Of a stretch of DNA of 41,564 nt, positions 1 to 7,176 are shown piece after piece. The notes beneath the pieces are model-generated. The model had not been told where the DNA came from. It was given only the letters and a program-made list of their open reading frames with translations, and made no database searches. How positions within the stretch are numbered: position 1 is the first letter of the stretch; each line of letters starts with the position of its first letter. This DNA is from a virus: IMG/VR virus record IMGVR_UViG_3300045988_083850. One strand, given 5' to 3'. The position numbers and the translations under genes are program-made.

Positions 1-128
1 ATTGGACTTCTACCGAGTCCAGTGCTACCGACGCATGGAATCTGAACCTCTACGGCGGTACGACCGGTTGGACCACTAAGGCCAGCAACGCGGGCAGAGT
101 TAGGGCAGTGTCAGCATTTATTGTTTAA
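1..128 (+). CDS. 3' end of DGR target protein 1 (continuation of 40858..41564 across the circular junction); variable C-type-lectin/DUF1566-like C-terminus
   Basis: Reading frame runs from 40858 through the 55-nt end overlap. Translation ends ...WYWTSTESSATDAWNLNLYGGTTGWTTKASNAGRVRAVSAFIV, with TAA at 126-128. Confidence 0.9.
   Translation, partial: WTSTESSATDAWNLNLYGGTTGWTTKASNAGRVRAVSAFIV
12..116 (+). repeat. DGR variable repeat VR1
   Basis: 105 nt aligning to TR 683-790. Hand alignment gives 12 substitutions, all at TR adenines, plus one 3-nt gap. The last 21 nt (agagttagggcagtgtcagca) are identical to TR. Confidence 0.93.
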
Positions 129-156
129 TTCTTAATTTCTTAGTCTTTAACCTTTA

Positions 157-176
157 GGTACGGCGAAAGCCGTACC
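157..176 (+). promoter_or_regulatory. post-VR1 stem-loop with GAAA loop (candidate DGR target-recognition hairpin)
   Basis: ggtacggc-gaaa-gccgtacc forms an 8-bp stem. An equivalent hairpin follows VR2 at 12422-12439. Confidence 0.75.
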
Positions 177-203
177 ATTATAAGGCAATTTAATAAACAA
201 GCA

Positions 204-620
204 ATGGCGGTAAAATTAGTTTCAAGTACAAAGATTTATTTAGATGCACGCAAGTTGTTAGACATCATTTTGGATATAGTACCCAATTTCCCACGTGCCT
301 ACAAATTCACCATCGGGGCAAAGCTGCAAGAAATTGGCGTTAATCTGATGCAGGAGATAGCGGCGGCGTACATCAATAAGGACAAAGCCGAGACAGTAAA
401 GCACCTAACCGAGTTTCAGGCAGAGTTTGAGACAATGAAAACGCTAATGAGAATTGCCGGAGAAAGGGAGTGGATAAAAGGCAGAGGAAAGTTTGCAAAT
501 ATTATCGAGTTAATGGACGAAATAGGTAAACAATCGTCAGCGTGGAAAAACAAAGTAGTTAATACACTTTGTAGCCAGAATCGGAATGTTACGACAGACC
601 GAGAGCGCAGTTTTCCGTAA
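204..620 (+). CDS. avd: DGR accessory variability determinant (Avd-like helical bundle protein)
   Basis: 138-aa helix-rich ORF in the canonical avd position, between the target gene and TR/RT. Family assigned by position and general sequence character only. Confidence 0.75.
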   Translation: MAVKLVSSTKIYLDARKLLDIILDIVPNFPRAYKFTIGAKLQEIGVNLMQEIAAAYINKDKAETVKHLTEFQAEFETMKTLMRIAGEREWIKGRGKFANIIELMDEIGKQSSAWKNKVVNTLCSQNRNVTTDRERSFP

Positions 621-682
621 TAAATGGGGTTTATGCCGTCATTTACGGCTAAGAACAAGATAATAGACCACAGATTGCGGCC

Positions 683-790
683 ACCGAGAACAGTGCTACC
701 AACGCATGGAATCTGAACCTCAACGACGGTAATACGAACAATTGGAACACTAAGGCCAGCAACACGAACAGAGTTAGGGCAGTGTCAGCA
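683..790 (+). repeat. DGR template repeat (TR)
   Basis: 108 nt in the non-coding gap between avd and RT. It contains 11 AAY codons in the VR frame. Every non-adenine position is identical in VR1 and VR2. Homology stops at 790 (TR cta... versus VR ttt...). Confidence 0.93.
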
Positions 791-831
791 CTATTTACAG
801 AAGACAGAAACGTGACAAATGATAATATACA

Positions 832-2016
832 ATGGTAACGACAGAGTGGCTTTTAGATGCTTACTTTGATTGCCGTCATAGCAAAAGACGAACAGCAAGT
901 GCAGTAGTTTACGAAATGGACTACGAAAGCCGTTTGATTGCTTTGCGTGATAGAATCAATAACCGAACGTATCAACCGGGTAAGTCTATTTGCTTTGTCG
1001 TAACACGCCCAAGATACAGAGAGGTATTTGCAGCATCCTTTGAGGATAGAATCGTACACCACTACATAGCTTTGCGCCTAACGCCACTATTTGAGGAAAT
1101 ATTTAGCGAGCGTACATTTAATTGTAGGAAAGGCAAAGGGCAGCTTTATGGTATTAATACACTGAAAGAAGATATAAGGCAGTGCAGCAATAATTATACG
1201 GAAGATTGCCACATTATGAAACTTGACTTAAAAGGTTTCTTTATGAGCATCGACAAAAAGTTATTGTCTGAAATGGTAGATCGTTTTATAGTCAGGTACT
1301 ACAAGGGCGAAGACATAGACGATTTGCGCTACCTTTGCCGTGTCGTTATTTTACACAGCCCGGAAAAGAATTGTGAACGGCACAGCCCTTTGAGCTATTG
1401 GGAGAAGTTGGATAAGAACAAATCACTATTTACAAATGGTGAGGGTAAGGGCGTAGCCATCGGCAACCTGTTTGCTCAGATATTCGCAAACTTCTTACTT
1501 AATACGCTTGATTGGTTTATCGAAAATGAGGGTATAGAACATCATGGCAGGTATGTGGACGATTTCTATTGCATCCATAATGACAAAGAAAAGTTATTGG
1601 CGTTAATGCCTAAGATACGTGAGCTATTAGCCAAGTTAGGTTTACGACTGAATGAGAAGAAGTTTTATTTGCAACATTACAGCAAGGGCGTAGAGTTCAC
1701 CGGGTCAATAGTCAAACCCGGACGTGTCTATACCTGTAATCGCACGATAACAAACTTTATTGCAGCAGTCAGAAGACTAAACAAGGCAAACAACGAGCGG
1801 CAGGTATTACACGCAGTATGTAGCATCAACTCATATTTAGGTTTGCTACGGCATACCAATGAATATGCTATGCGCCGTAAAGTGCTTAACATGATTGAGT
1901 CACATATATTTAAAGAATATGTGTATATCAAAGGGCACTACGAGGTATTGGCAATTAAGAATAAACATAAATTGAGGTATCAAACAATGCAAAGAATTAG
2001 AAATGGCGACTACTGA
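832..2016 (+). CDS. DGR reverse transcriptase
   Basis: 394 aa with the catalytic box GRYVDDFYCIH and a DGR-type motif 4, IGNLFAQIFAN. It lies 41 nt downstream of TR. Confidence 0.93.
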   Translation: MVTTEWLLDAYFDCRHSKRRTASAVVYEMDYESRLIALRDRINNRTYQPGKSICFVVTRPRYREVFAASFEDRIVHHYIALRLTPLFEEIFSERTFNCRKGKGQLYGINTLKEDIRQCSNNYTEDCHIMKLDLKGFFMSIDKKLLSEMVDRFIVRYYKGEDIDDLRYLCRVVILHSPEKNCERHSPLSYWEKLDKNKSLFTNGEGKGVAIGNLFAQIFANFLLNTLDWFIENEGIEHHGRYVDDFYCIHNDKEKLLALMPKIRELLAKLGLRLNEKKFYLQHYSKGVEFTGSIVKPGRVYTCNRTITNFIAAVRRLNKANNERQVLHAVCSINSYLGLLRHTNEYAMRRKVLNMIESHIFKEYVYIKGHYEVLAIKNKHKLRYQTMQRIRNGDY

Positions 2017-2147
2017 TAAAGCACCCATTACCCTATCATCCGATAGGTTGGATATGGACTTATTTAGATTGCTACTTACAAGGTATGTAGTAGTGACCGA
2101 GCAGCGAGACGGCAAAGTAATTTACGAACTTAACAGCATCGAGCACC

Positions 2148-2480
2148 ATGCAGATAATTGAAATAGTAGTATCGGTTATTACCGCTTTGGGCGGTTGGGA
2201 AATGATTAAATATGTGATGAATCGAAAGACCAACCGCCGAAAGGAGGAAGCCGAGGCCGACAACGTAGAATTTAATGTTTTGCGTGAGGCTATGGACTTT
2301 TTGCAAACTCAACTCAAAGATAAAGAGCAACGATTTGCAGAGCAGACCGATTTAGTGAGAAAGCAGAATTTAGATATTTTGCAGCTCAACAAGGAAAAGG
2401 CGCAGTTAGAATTAGACCTACAACGCTATAAGTGTGTAATTAAGGGTTGCACTAAACGTGACCCACAAAATGGTTATTAA
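2148..2480 (+). CDS. membrane-anchored coiled-coil protein of the lysis cassette (holin or i-spanin-like)
   Basis: N-terminal hydrophobic helix IIEIVVSVITALGGW, a basic stretch, then a heptad-like coiled coil (LQTQLKDKEQRFAEQTDLVRKQNLDILQLNKEKAQLELDL). It abuts the amidase gene. Confidence 0.5.
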   Translation: MQIIEIVVSVITALGGWEMIKYVMNRKTNRRKEEAEADNVEFNVLREAMDFLQTQLKDKEQRFAEQTDLVRKQNLDILQLNKEKAQLELDLQRYKCVIKGCTKRDPQNGY

Positions 2481-2481
2481 T

Positions 2482-2895
2482 ATGAGAAAGATTAATGAGA
2501 TTATCGTACATTGTACGGCAACCGCCGAGGGCAAGAACTTTAAGGCGGCAGACATCGACCGTTGGCACAAGGCTAAAGGTTGGAATGGAATCGGCTACCA
2601 TCATGTAGTAGATTTGGACGGAACGGTAGAACCAGGCCGACCAGAAAGCGAGGTGGGGGCACATTGCCTGAAGCACAACACAAATAGTATTGGTGTAGTG
2701 TATGTGGGCGGTTTGGCATCCGATGGTAAGACACCAAAGGACACCCGAACACCACAGCAAAAGGCGGCTTTGGTAAAGTTGCTTACAGAGATAAAGCACC
2801 GTTACCCTAACGCCACGATCCACGGACACCGAGACTTTGCAGCCAAGGCGTGCCCAAGTTTTGACGCTACTAAGGAGTACAAAGACATTAAATAA
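2482..2895 (+). CDS. N-acetylmuramoyl-L-alanine amidase endolysin (Amidase_2/PGRP type)
   Basis: Motifs IIVHCTAT, GYHHVV, GAHC, IGVVYVGG and HGHRDFAAKACPSF resemble T7-lysozyme-type amidases. The ATG at 2482 lies 1 nt after the upstream stop. Alternative starts are ATG 2470 and GTG 2458. Confidence 0.85.
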   Translation: MRKINEIIVHCTATAEGKNFKAADIDRWHKAKGWNGIGYHHVVDLDGTVEPGRPESEVGAHCLKHNTNSIGVVYVGGLASDGKTPKDTRTPQQKAALVKLLTEIKHRYPNATIHGHRDFAAKACPSFDATKEYKDIK

Positions 2896-2902
2896 TGAGC
2901 CG

Positions 2903-3436
2903 ATGAAGAAGTTTATAACTATCTGTATGTGCCTGTTAGCCCTGTTTTGGCTGATAGGCTGCAAGACTACCAAAAAGGCGGTATCGGAATCATCCATAAC
3001 TACAAGAGAGGAAACCGACACCACCAAGTTTGCAACCGATAGCATCCACGTAGGTACTATCAAAACCGACAACCGGACCACGCTAACGTATTTTAGCGAT
3101 TGGGGGTATATCGAGTTTGCCAATAATGGCGGTACGCTCACGATCGACACTTTGGGCAACCTGAAAGCCAATGGCGTGAAGTCATACCAACACGGCAAGA
3201 AAGCCGCCCAGAAGAAAGCCGAGAGTATCACCCAGAGCAAGGACAGTACCGACACCCATAAGCTGCAAGCAAATGGGGTGCAGAGCCGAGACAACAAACA
3301 AGCCAACAGAGAGCCACAGAAACAAGGCGTGAAAGCCTTAAAATGGTATCAGCGTACAATTTACCATATCGGCTTTTTATGTTGCGTAGCGGCGATTATT
3401 TACGCTATATTCTTATATCTACGAAGAAAAAAATAA
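2903..3436 (+). CDS. lipoprotein with C-terminal transmembrane helix (candidate unimolecular spanin)
   Basis: ATG at 2903 gives MKKFITICMCLLALFWLIGC with lipobox LIGC. The C-terminus YHIGFLCCVAAIIYAIFLYLRRKK is a TM helix plus a basic tail. The track ORF start at 2837 is TTG and overlaps the amidase. Confidence 0.55.
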   Translation: MKKFITICMCLLALFWLIGCKTTKKAVSESSITTREETDTTKFATDSIHVGTIKTDNRTTLTYFSDWGYIEFANNGGTLTIDTLGNLKANGVKSYQHGKKAAQKKAESITQSKDSTDTHKLQANGVQSRDNKQANREPQKQGVKALKWYQRTIYHIGFLCCVAAIIYAIFLYLRRKK

Positions 3437-3479
3437 AATCTGTTTTCTTAATAGTGCAAGCCCGGAGCCGACCGAGAGG

Positions 3480-4718
3480 TTAGCCCGGGCGATTTGCTTT
3501 ACCCAATACGTAGTCTATAACTTTGCGGTTTGCTTCGTCTATTTTATCACGGCTAAACTTTATATAAACACCTGTAATCTTAGAGCCGTGAACGTGTCCG
3601 AGGGCTTCGCTTATAGTGTCCTTTGGTATATCTAAATCAGCGGCATACGTTGCCCAGGAATAGCGACCCCAATATGATGTAATTTCTTTTTCTATTGGTT
3701 TCATTATTGGCAAATGGTTTTTTGTGTACTTTGGTTTGCCGTTGGCATCTACCTCAATGGGGCCTATACGTCTTAAACCCTCATTTAGATGTATCAGATA
3801 ATTGGTATGTGATTTGTAGCGGTCAAACGGTGAAAGAAGATGCTTTTTGCCCTTATATCGCTCAATTATTTCCGCCGCTTCTGGCTCAACCTTAATACTA
3901 TAAAGTTTCCCTGTTTTTGCCCTACGGTATTCTATACGACCATCAATGTAGTTTGCAGGTGTTAAGTTAGCTAAATCTTTCATGTTAATACCCACCAAAT
4001 AAATAATAAGTAAAAACATATCTCGATACTCGCTATCTGTTTTGTTAAGCTGCAAACCCATCATTAGGCGCAGTTTGTCAATTGGCACAACCCTCATTGC
4101 TGTTTCTTCTGTTGGTATGTGAAAGTTACGAAAAGCATAGTTTTGGGTAATGCCATCATCTATTGCAAAGTTTATCACATTGCGTAAGTTACGTAAGTGC
4201 ATAGCACGACTATTGACGCAAAGCCGTGGCATCGAATTTTGAAAGCCGATTATCCATGTTTTGTTAATCTCGTTGAAATGGACTAAATCGGCATCCCCAC
4301 AATACAAATTTACTTTTTTCAAAGTTTGTTCAAATAACATTTTTGTGCCACCTGTTTTTGTGTCGATCACCTTTCTAAACATTGCGCCTAAAGTCGGAAC
4401 GCCTACCGTTGGGGCCTCCAAATCCATATTAGCAAGCATTTGGCGAAGTTGGGGAGGCGTAAGTTTTTGCCAAAGCCCCTTTTCTCGTAACTCCAATATA
4501 CGGTTACTTACTTGCATCAATAGCATTTGCAGCACGCTATTAATTTTACGTGCGCCTTTGCCTATACATTGTTTTGTAGTGGCATCCCATTCGTCTGACT
4601 TCAAAAATATGCCTGTTGCTATATAGATGTTTGTACCATAGCCGACACAGATTTGCACCGGGTACGTACCATCTTTTAATGCCCTACGTGTGTCAAGTCT
4701 AATATTTGATTTTGCCAT
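3480..4718 (-). CDS. int: tyrosine site-specific integrase
   Basis: 412 aa. The N-terminal arm-type domain (MAKSNIRLDTRRALKDGTYPVQI) is typical of Bacteroidetes integrases. The C-terminus reads ALGHVHGSKITGVYIKF with a catalytic-type His and Tyr. Confidence 0.85.
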   Translation of the reverse strand: MAKSNIRLDTRRALKDGTYPVQICVGYGTNIYIATGIFLKSDEWDATTKQCIGKGARKINSVLQMLLMQVSNRILELREKGLWQKLTPPQLRQMLANMDLEAPTVGVPTLGAMFRKVIDTKTGGTKMLFEQTLKKVNLYCGDADLVHFNEINKTWIIGFQNSMPRLCVNSRAMHLRNLRNVINFAIDDGITQNYAFRNFHIPTEETAMRVVPIDKLRLMMGLQLNKTDSEYRDMFLLIIYLVGINMKDLANLTPANYIDGRIEYRRAKTGKLYSIKVEPEAAEIIERYKGKKHLLSPFDRYKSHTNYLIHLNEGLRRIGPIEVDANGKPKYTKNHLPIMKPIEKEITSYWGRYSWATYAADLDIPKDTISEALGHVHGSKITGVYIKFSRDKIDEANRKVIDYVLGKANRPG

Positions 4719-5018
4719 ATTGTTTTGCTTTGTCTTTGCTTATTATTTGCTGAAAAATGCGCCCAAATATACCAAAATATACCATAAAAACAGCCACCAA
4801 CGGCATATTTTTACGATTATTTAGGAAATTGGCGATACTACCAATTTGCTGAAATCTTCTTTTTAATCTTTGATTATCAGTTGTTTATAAGCAAAGAAAC
4901 AGCTTTCTAAAGCCATAAGCGGCAGTGTTCCTCATTATATAAATATTACTTTTGTAATATATTGATAATCAAATAATTATCTTTGCTTAATTTTTGTTTG
5001 CTGAAAATTTGCAGCAGT
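4719..5018. other. AT-rich non-coding region upstream of int with TTTGCT(GAAA) repeats; candidate attP / int control region
   Basis: TTTGCT occurs at 4724, 4735 and 4746 (11-bp phasing) and at 4982. TTTGCTGAAA occurs at 4746-4755, 4845-4854 and 4997-5006. There is also a tandem caaa(a)tatacca at about 4763-4785. Confidence 0.35.
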
Positions 5019-5071
5019 CTATCTATATTTGGCACGCCCAGACAATAACCGAGCGTGCCAAATATAGATAG
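5019..5071 (-). terminator. perfect 19-bp inverted repeat directly after the moron stop codon
   Basis: ctatctatatttggcacgc (5019-5037) pairs with gcgtgccaaatatagatag (5053-5071) around a 15-nt loop. The stop codon of 5073..5597 lies 1 nt away. No strong U-tract on the minus strand. Confidence 0.55.
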
Positions 5072-5072
5072 C

Positions 5073-5597
5073 TTATTTCAATTGTTTTTTACCTTTGCTG
5101 ATTACGATACCTTTAGCGTTTTCACCCACTTCAATGCCATTTAAGTTGTATCTTTTTGTATCGGCTTTAGAAGTATCCACGGAAACGTTTTCTATACCGT
5201 CAGTGTCAGACTTACGTAACTCGATCCATCCCTTTTCATCGTAGGTAGAAAGATGCAACAAGCCATTATCAAACATCGTAACCACGAAATTAACAACGCT
5301 TTCGCTATTCCATGGAAGCAAATGCAAAATGTAGTTCCCTGTTTGTGAACAACTCAACCAATAGCCCTTAAACATCCAATCATTATTAGGAAAATAGAAA
5401 CGTGTATAATTGCCGTCCTTTAGTTCCAGATACTTAGGTGTGTTACCTAAACGATACTCAAACGGAAAATTGGAGAAAGAGCCACCAAAGCCGTAAACGT
5501 CCCATTTGCCTTGTATCTCTATTTCATCCAAATTGTTGATTTGCGCATTTGCGCTCATTGCAAGCATAAGCAGCAATGTAATTAATACCTTTTTCAT
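5073..5597 (-). CDS. secreted hypothetical protein (lysogeny-expressed moron) with T9SS-like C-terminal tail
   Basis: Signal peptide MKKVLITLLLMLAMSANA|Q. It starts 6 nt after the repressor stop. The C-terminus is DGIENVSVDTSKADTKRYNLNGIEVGENAKGIVISKGKKQLK. Confidence 0.6.
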   Translation of the reverse strand: MKKVLITLLLMLAMSANAQINNLDEIEIQGKWDVYGFGGSFSNFPFEYRLGNTPKYLELKDGNYTRFYFPNNDWMFKGYWLSCSQTGNYILHLLPWNSESVVNFVVTMFDNGLLHLSTYDEKGWIELRKSDTDGIENVSVDTSKADTKRYNLNGIEVGENAKGIVISKGKKQLK

Positions 5598-5603
5598 ACC
5601 TTA

Positions 5604-6266
5604 TTATATTCTTAATAGTCCTACAACTTTATAAATACCGAACACATCGGCTTTGCAAACCTCAAAGTCTGGATATTCAGGATTGAATGAAACACACTTA
5701 AAGTTATCACCATTATCATACAAGCGTTTAAGTACAGCACCGTCCCGAGTATCAAGAACATAGGTTTTACCCCATTCTATAACATCACAAACCTTTCTTA
5801 TTGCTATTTCGTCGCCGCCCTCAAATTTAGGCTCCATTGAATCACCCTTAACAATCATTGTGCAGTCGTATGGTGGGAAAGCCTTAATAATCGGCATTTG
5901 TTCACAATCACTTGATTTGATACTATCACTAAAGCCTGTAAGAAGTCCGGCAACAACCGCCATGGGAATACGTGGGCGTGTCTCGTTGTTTTGCTCCAGT
6001 TCGGGCACGCTTTCACGTGCATACACATCCCCCGCACCCTCCATAAGCCATTTGAGGTTTATGTTATAAGCATGAGCAATCTTTTTTAGGGTATCAACCG
6101 TTATGGTTTGTTGCCCCTTTAGCATCTTACTAAACCCTGATGGGTCTATACCAGCCCCCTTTGCAAAGGTGGTTGGTTTGGTTAGTGCATCATATTCGAT
6201 GTAATCACTAAGTCGTTTGATAAGGTCTTTTTGTTCCATTTTGTGCAAATTTCCTTTAATTTCCAT
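5604..6266 (-). CDS. CI/LexA-type repressor (XRE HTH + S24 peptidase domain)
   Basis: HTH region TTFAKGAGIDPSGFSKMLKGQQTITVDTLKKIAHAYNINLKWL. S24 motifs IVKGDSMEPKF and AVLKRL. It is divergent from the early operon. An alternative start is the internal Met at 6239. Confidence 0.85.
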   Translation of the reverse strand: MEIKGNLHKMEQKDLIKRLSDYIEYDALTKPTTFAKGAGIDPSGFSKMLKGQQTITVDTLKKIAHAYNINLKWLMEGAGDVYARESVPELEQNNETRPRIPMAVVAGLLTGFSDSIKSSDCEQMPIIKAFPPYDCTMIVKGDSMEPKFEGGDEIAIRKVCDVIEWGKTYVLDTRDGAVLKRLYDNGDNFKCVSFNPEYPDFEVCKADVFGIYKVVGLLRI

Positions 6267-6294
6267 TAAATATCATTAATTATAAACGAAAATA

Positions 6295-6336
6295 ATTGGT
6301 AATTCTTGGAAATTCCAATTATTACCAATATCTTTG
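6295..6336 (+). promoter_or_regulatory. 35-bp near-perfect palindrome (operator candidate) abutting a TAtcTTTG -7 box for rightward early transcription
   Basis: attggtaat-tc-ttggaa-a-ttccaa-tt-attaccaat (6295-6329) is symmetric about 6312 with 2 mismatched positions per arm. tatctttg at 6329-6336 matches the Bacteroides TAnnTTTG consensus. Confidence 0.55.
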
Positions 6337-6496
6337 CACTCGAAATAAGTAAGTAACTAACCTTACGAGTACAAGAAAGGCTGTCGGACATTTAGCCCAA
6401 CATACCATAAACCCAACTGCAAATATACGGCAGTTTTTCTTTTTCTCCAAAGGTATAAGTAACTAAGTAAGTAACTTTAATAAAATTTATACTTTT

Positions 6497-6712
6497 ATGG
6501 CAGACGAAACAGGAAAAGCAATCAAATTGACACGTGACGATTTGCGGTCAATTGACGTGGGAAAGACGAAAACGTTTTACCTACCTGATGCGAAAGCGTG
6601 CGACAACGGCAAGGCTTTAACGTATCAGTTTCAAAATTTGATGGGCTGCAAGTTCAGCGTTAAAACGGACTATACAGCCAATACACTAACCATCACACGT
6701 AACGCTATATGA
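6497..6712 (+). CDS. hypothetical protein, first gene of the rightward early operon
   Basis: 71-aa ORF whose stop is in an ATGA overlap with the next gene. No recognisable motif. Confidence 0.5.
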   Translation: MADETGKAIKLTRDDLRSIDVGKTKTFYLPDAKACDNGKALTYQFQNLMGCKFSVKTDYTANTLTITRNAI

Positions 6713-6909
6713 TTATCACCAAACCCGAAGTAGAGCCAGACGGTTTGTATAACCAAGGGCAAGCAGCCAAAGCGTTGCATGTAGATCGGCACACCGTCGC
6801 CCGGTACGCTAACGATGGGCTTATTAAGTTCAGAGTTAGAAAAGCCGGAAAAGGCTTAATCACTACGGGGGCGGAAATAATCAAGTGTTGGAAATCAATG
6901 TATCTTTAA
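6709..6909 (+). CDS. small helix-turn-helix DNA-binding protein (excisionase/Cro-like)
   Basis: LYNQGQAAKALHVDRHTVARYANDGLIKF is a typical HTH. The protein is 66 aa and sits in the early operon. Confidence 0.6.
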   Translation: MIITKPEVEPDGLYNQGQAAKALHVDRHTVARYANDGLIKFRVRKAGKGLITTGAEIIKCWKSMYL

Positions 6910-6921
6910 AAATTAAGCCGT

Positions 6922-7155
6922 ATGAAAAAAGTAATGAAGAATTGGCGTTATTGGCTGATGGTGGTTATCGGCTTTATCGCTTTTTTCAATCTGATTGGGA
7001 TGCCACACAATGATAACCCCAACTATTGGGAGTTAGTGATCTATTCCAAGTTTACAGCCGTAGCACTCGCATATTTCGACATACGTTTGTATGTATGGTT
7101 TGCGAAGCACAGAAAGATAGATGAGCTATTGGAGTACATCAACGAAGATAAATAA
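6922..7155 (+). CDS. small membrane protein (two predicted TM helices)
   Basis: Hydrophobic segments YWLMVVIGFIAFFNLIGM and FTAVALAYFDIRLYVWF. Confidence 0.5.
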   Translation: MKKVMKNWRYWLMVVIGFIAFFNLIGMPHNDNPNYWELVIYSKFTAVALAYFDIRLYVWFAKHRKIDELLEYINEDK

Positions 7156-7176
7156 CATCATTAATCATATACAAAG

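Noticed and set aside
1-55. 55-nt end repeat as a biological direct terminal repeat
   Set aside because: It falls inside a coding sequence whose frame continues across the junction. Its length is typical of an assembler k-mer overlap, and the HNH/terminase layout suggests cos ends elsewhere. This cannot be fully excluded without reads.
683-790. The three ~108-nt repeats (12-116, 683-790, 12274-12381) as a CRISPR array, IS ends or a recombination scar
   Set aside because: There are only three dispersed copies. Two are in-frame gene 3' ends, and the differences are restricted to adenines of the non-coding copy, which is the DGR signature.
832-2016. Reverse transcriptase as a retron or group II intron RT
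   Set aside because: An adjacent TR with two adenine-mutated VR copies, an avd-position gene and the IGxxxAQ motif 4 all point to a DGR. There are no intron RNA domains, no maturase/endonuclease domain and no retron msr/msd-like repeats.
2452-3306. 284-aa minus-strand ORF spanning the amidase and lipoprotein genes
   Set aside because: The plus-strand genes carry clear motifs (amidase, lipobox), whereas the antisense translation is Cys/Leu/Val-rich and looks meaningless. It is a shadow ORF.
3460-3490. Possible bidirectional terminator hairpin (gcccgg / ccgggc) between the convergent lipoprotein and integrase genes
   Set aside because: The stem is only 6 bp with a 19-nt loop, there is no U-tract, and the right arm lies inside the integrase coding sequence. 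This is too weak to call.
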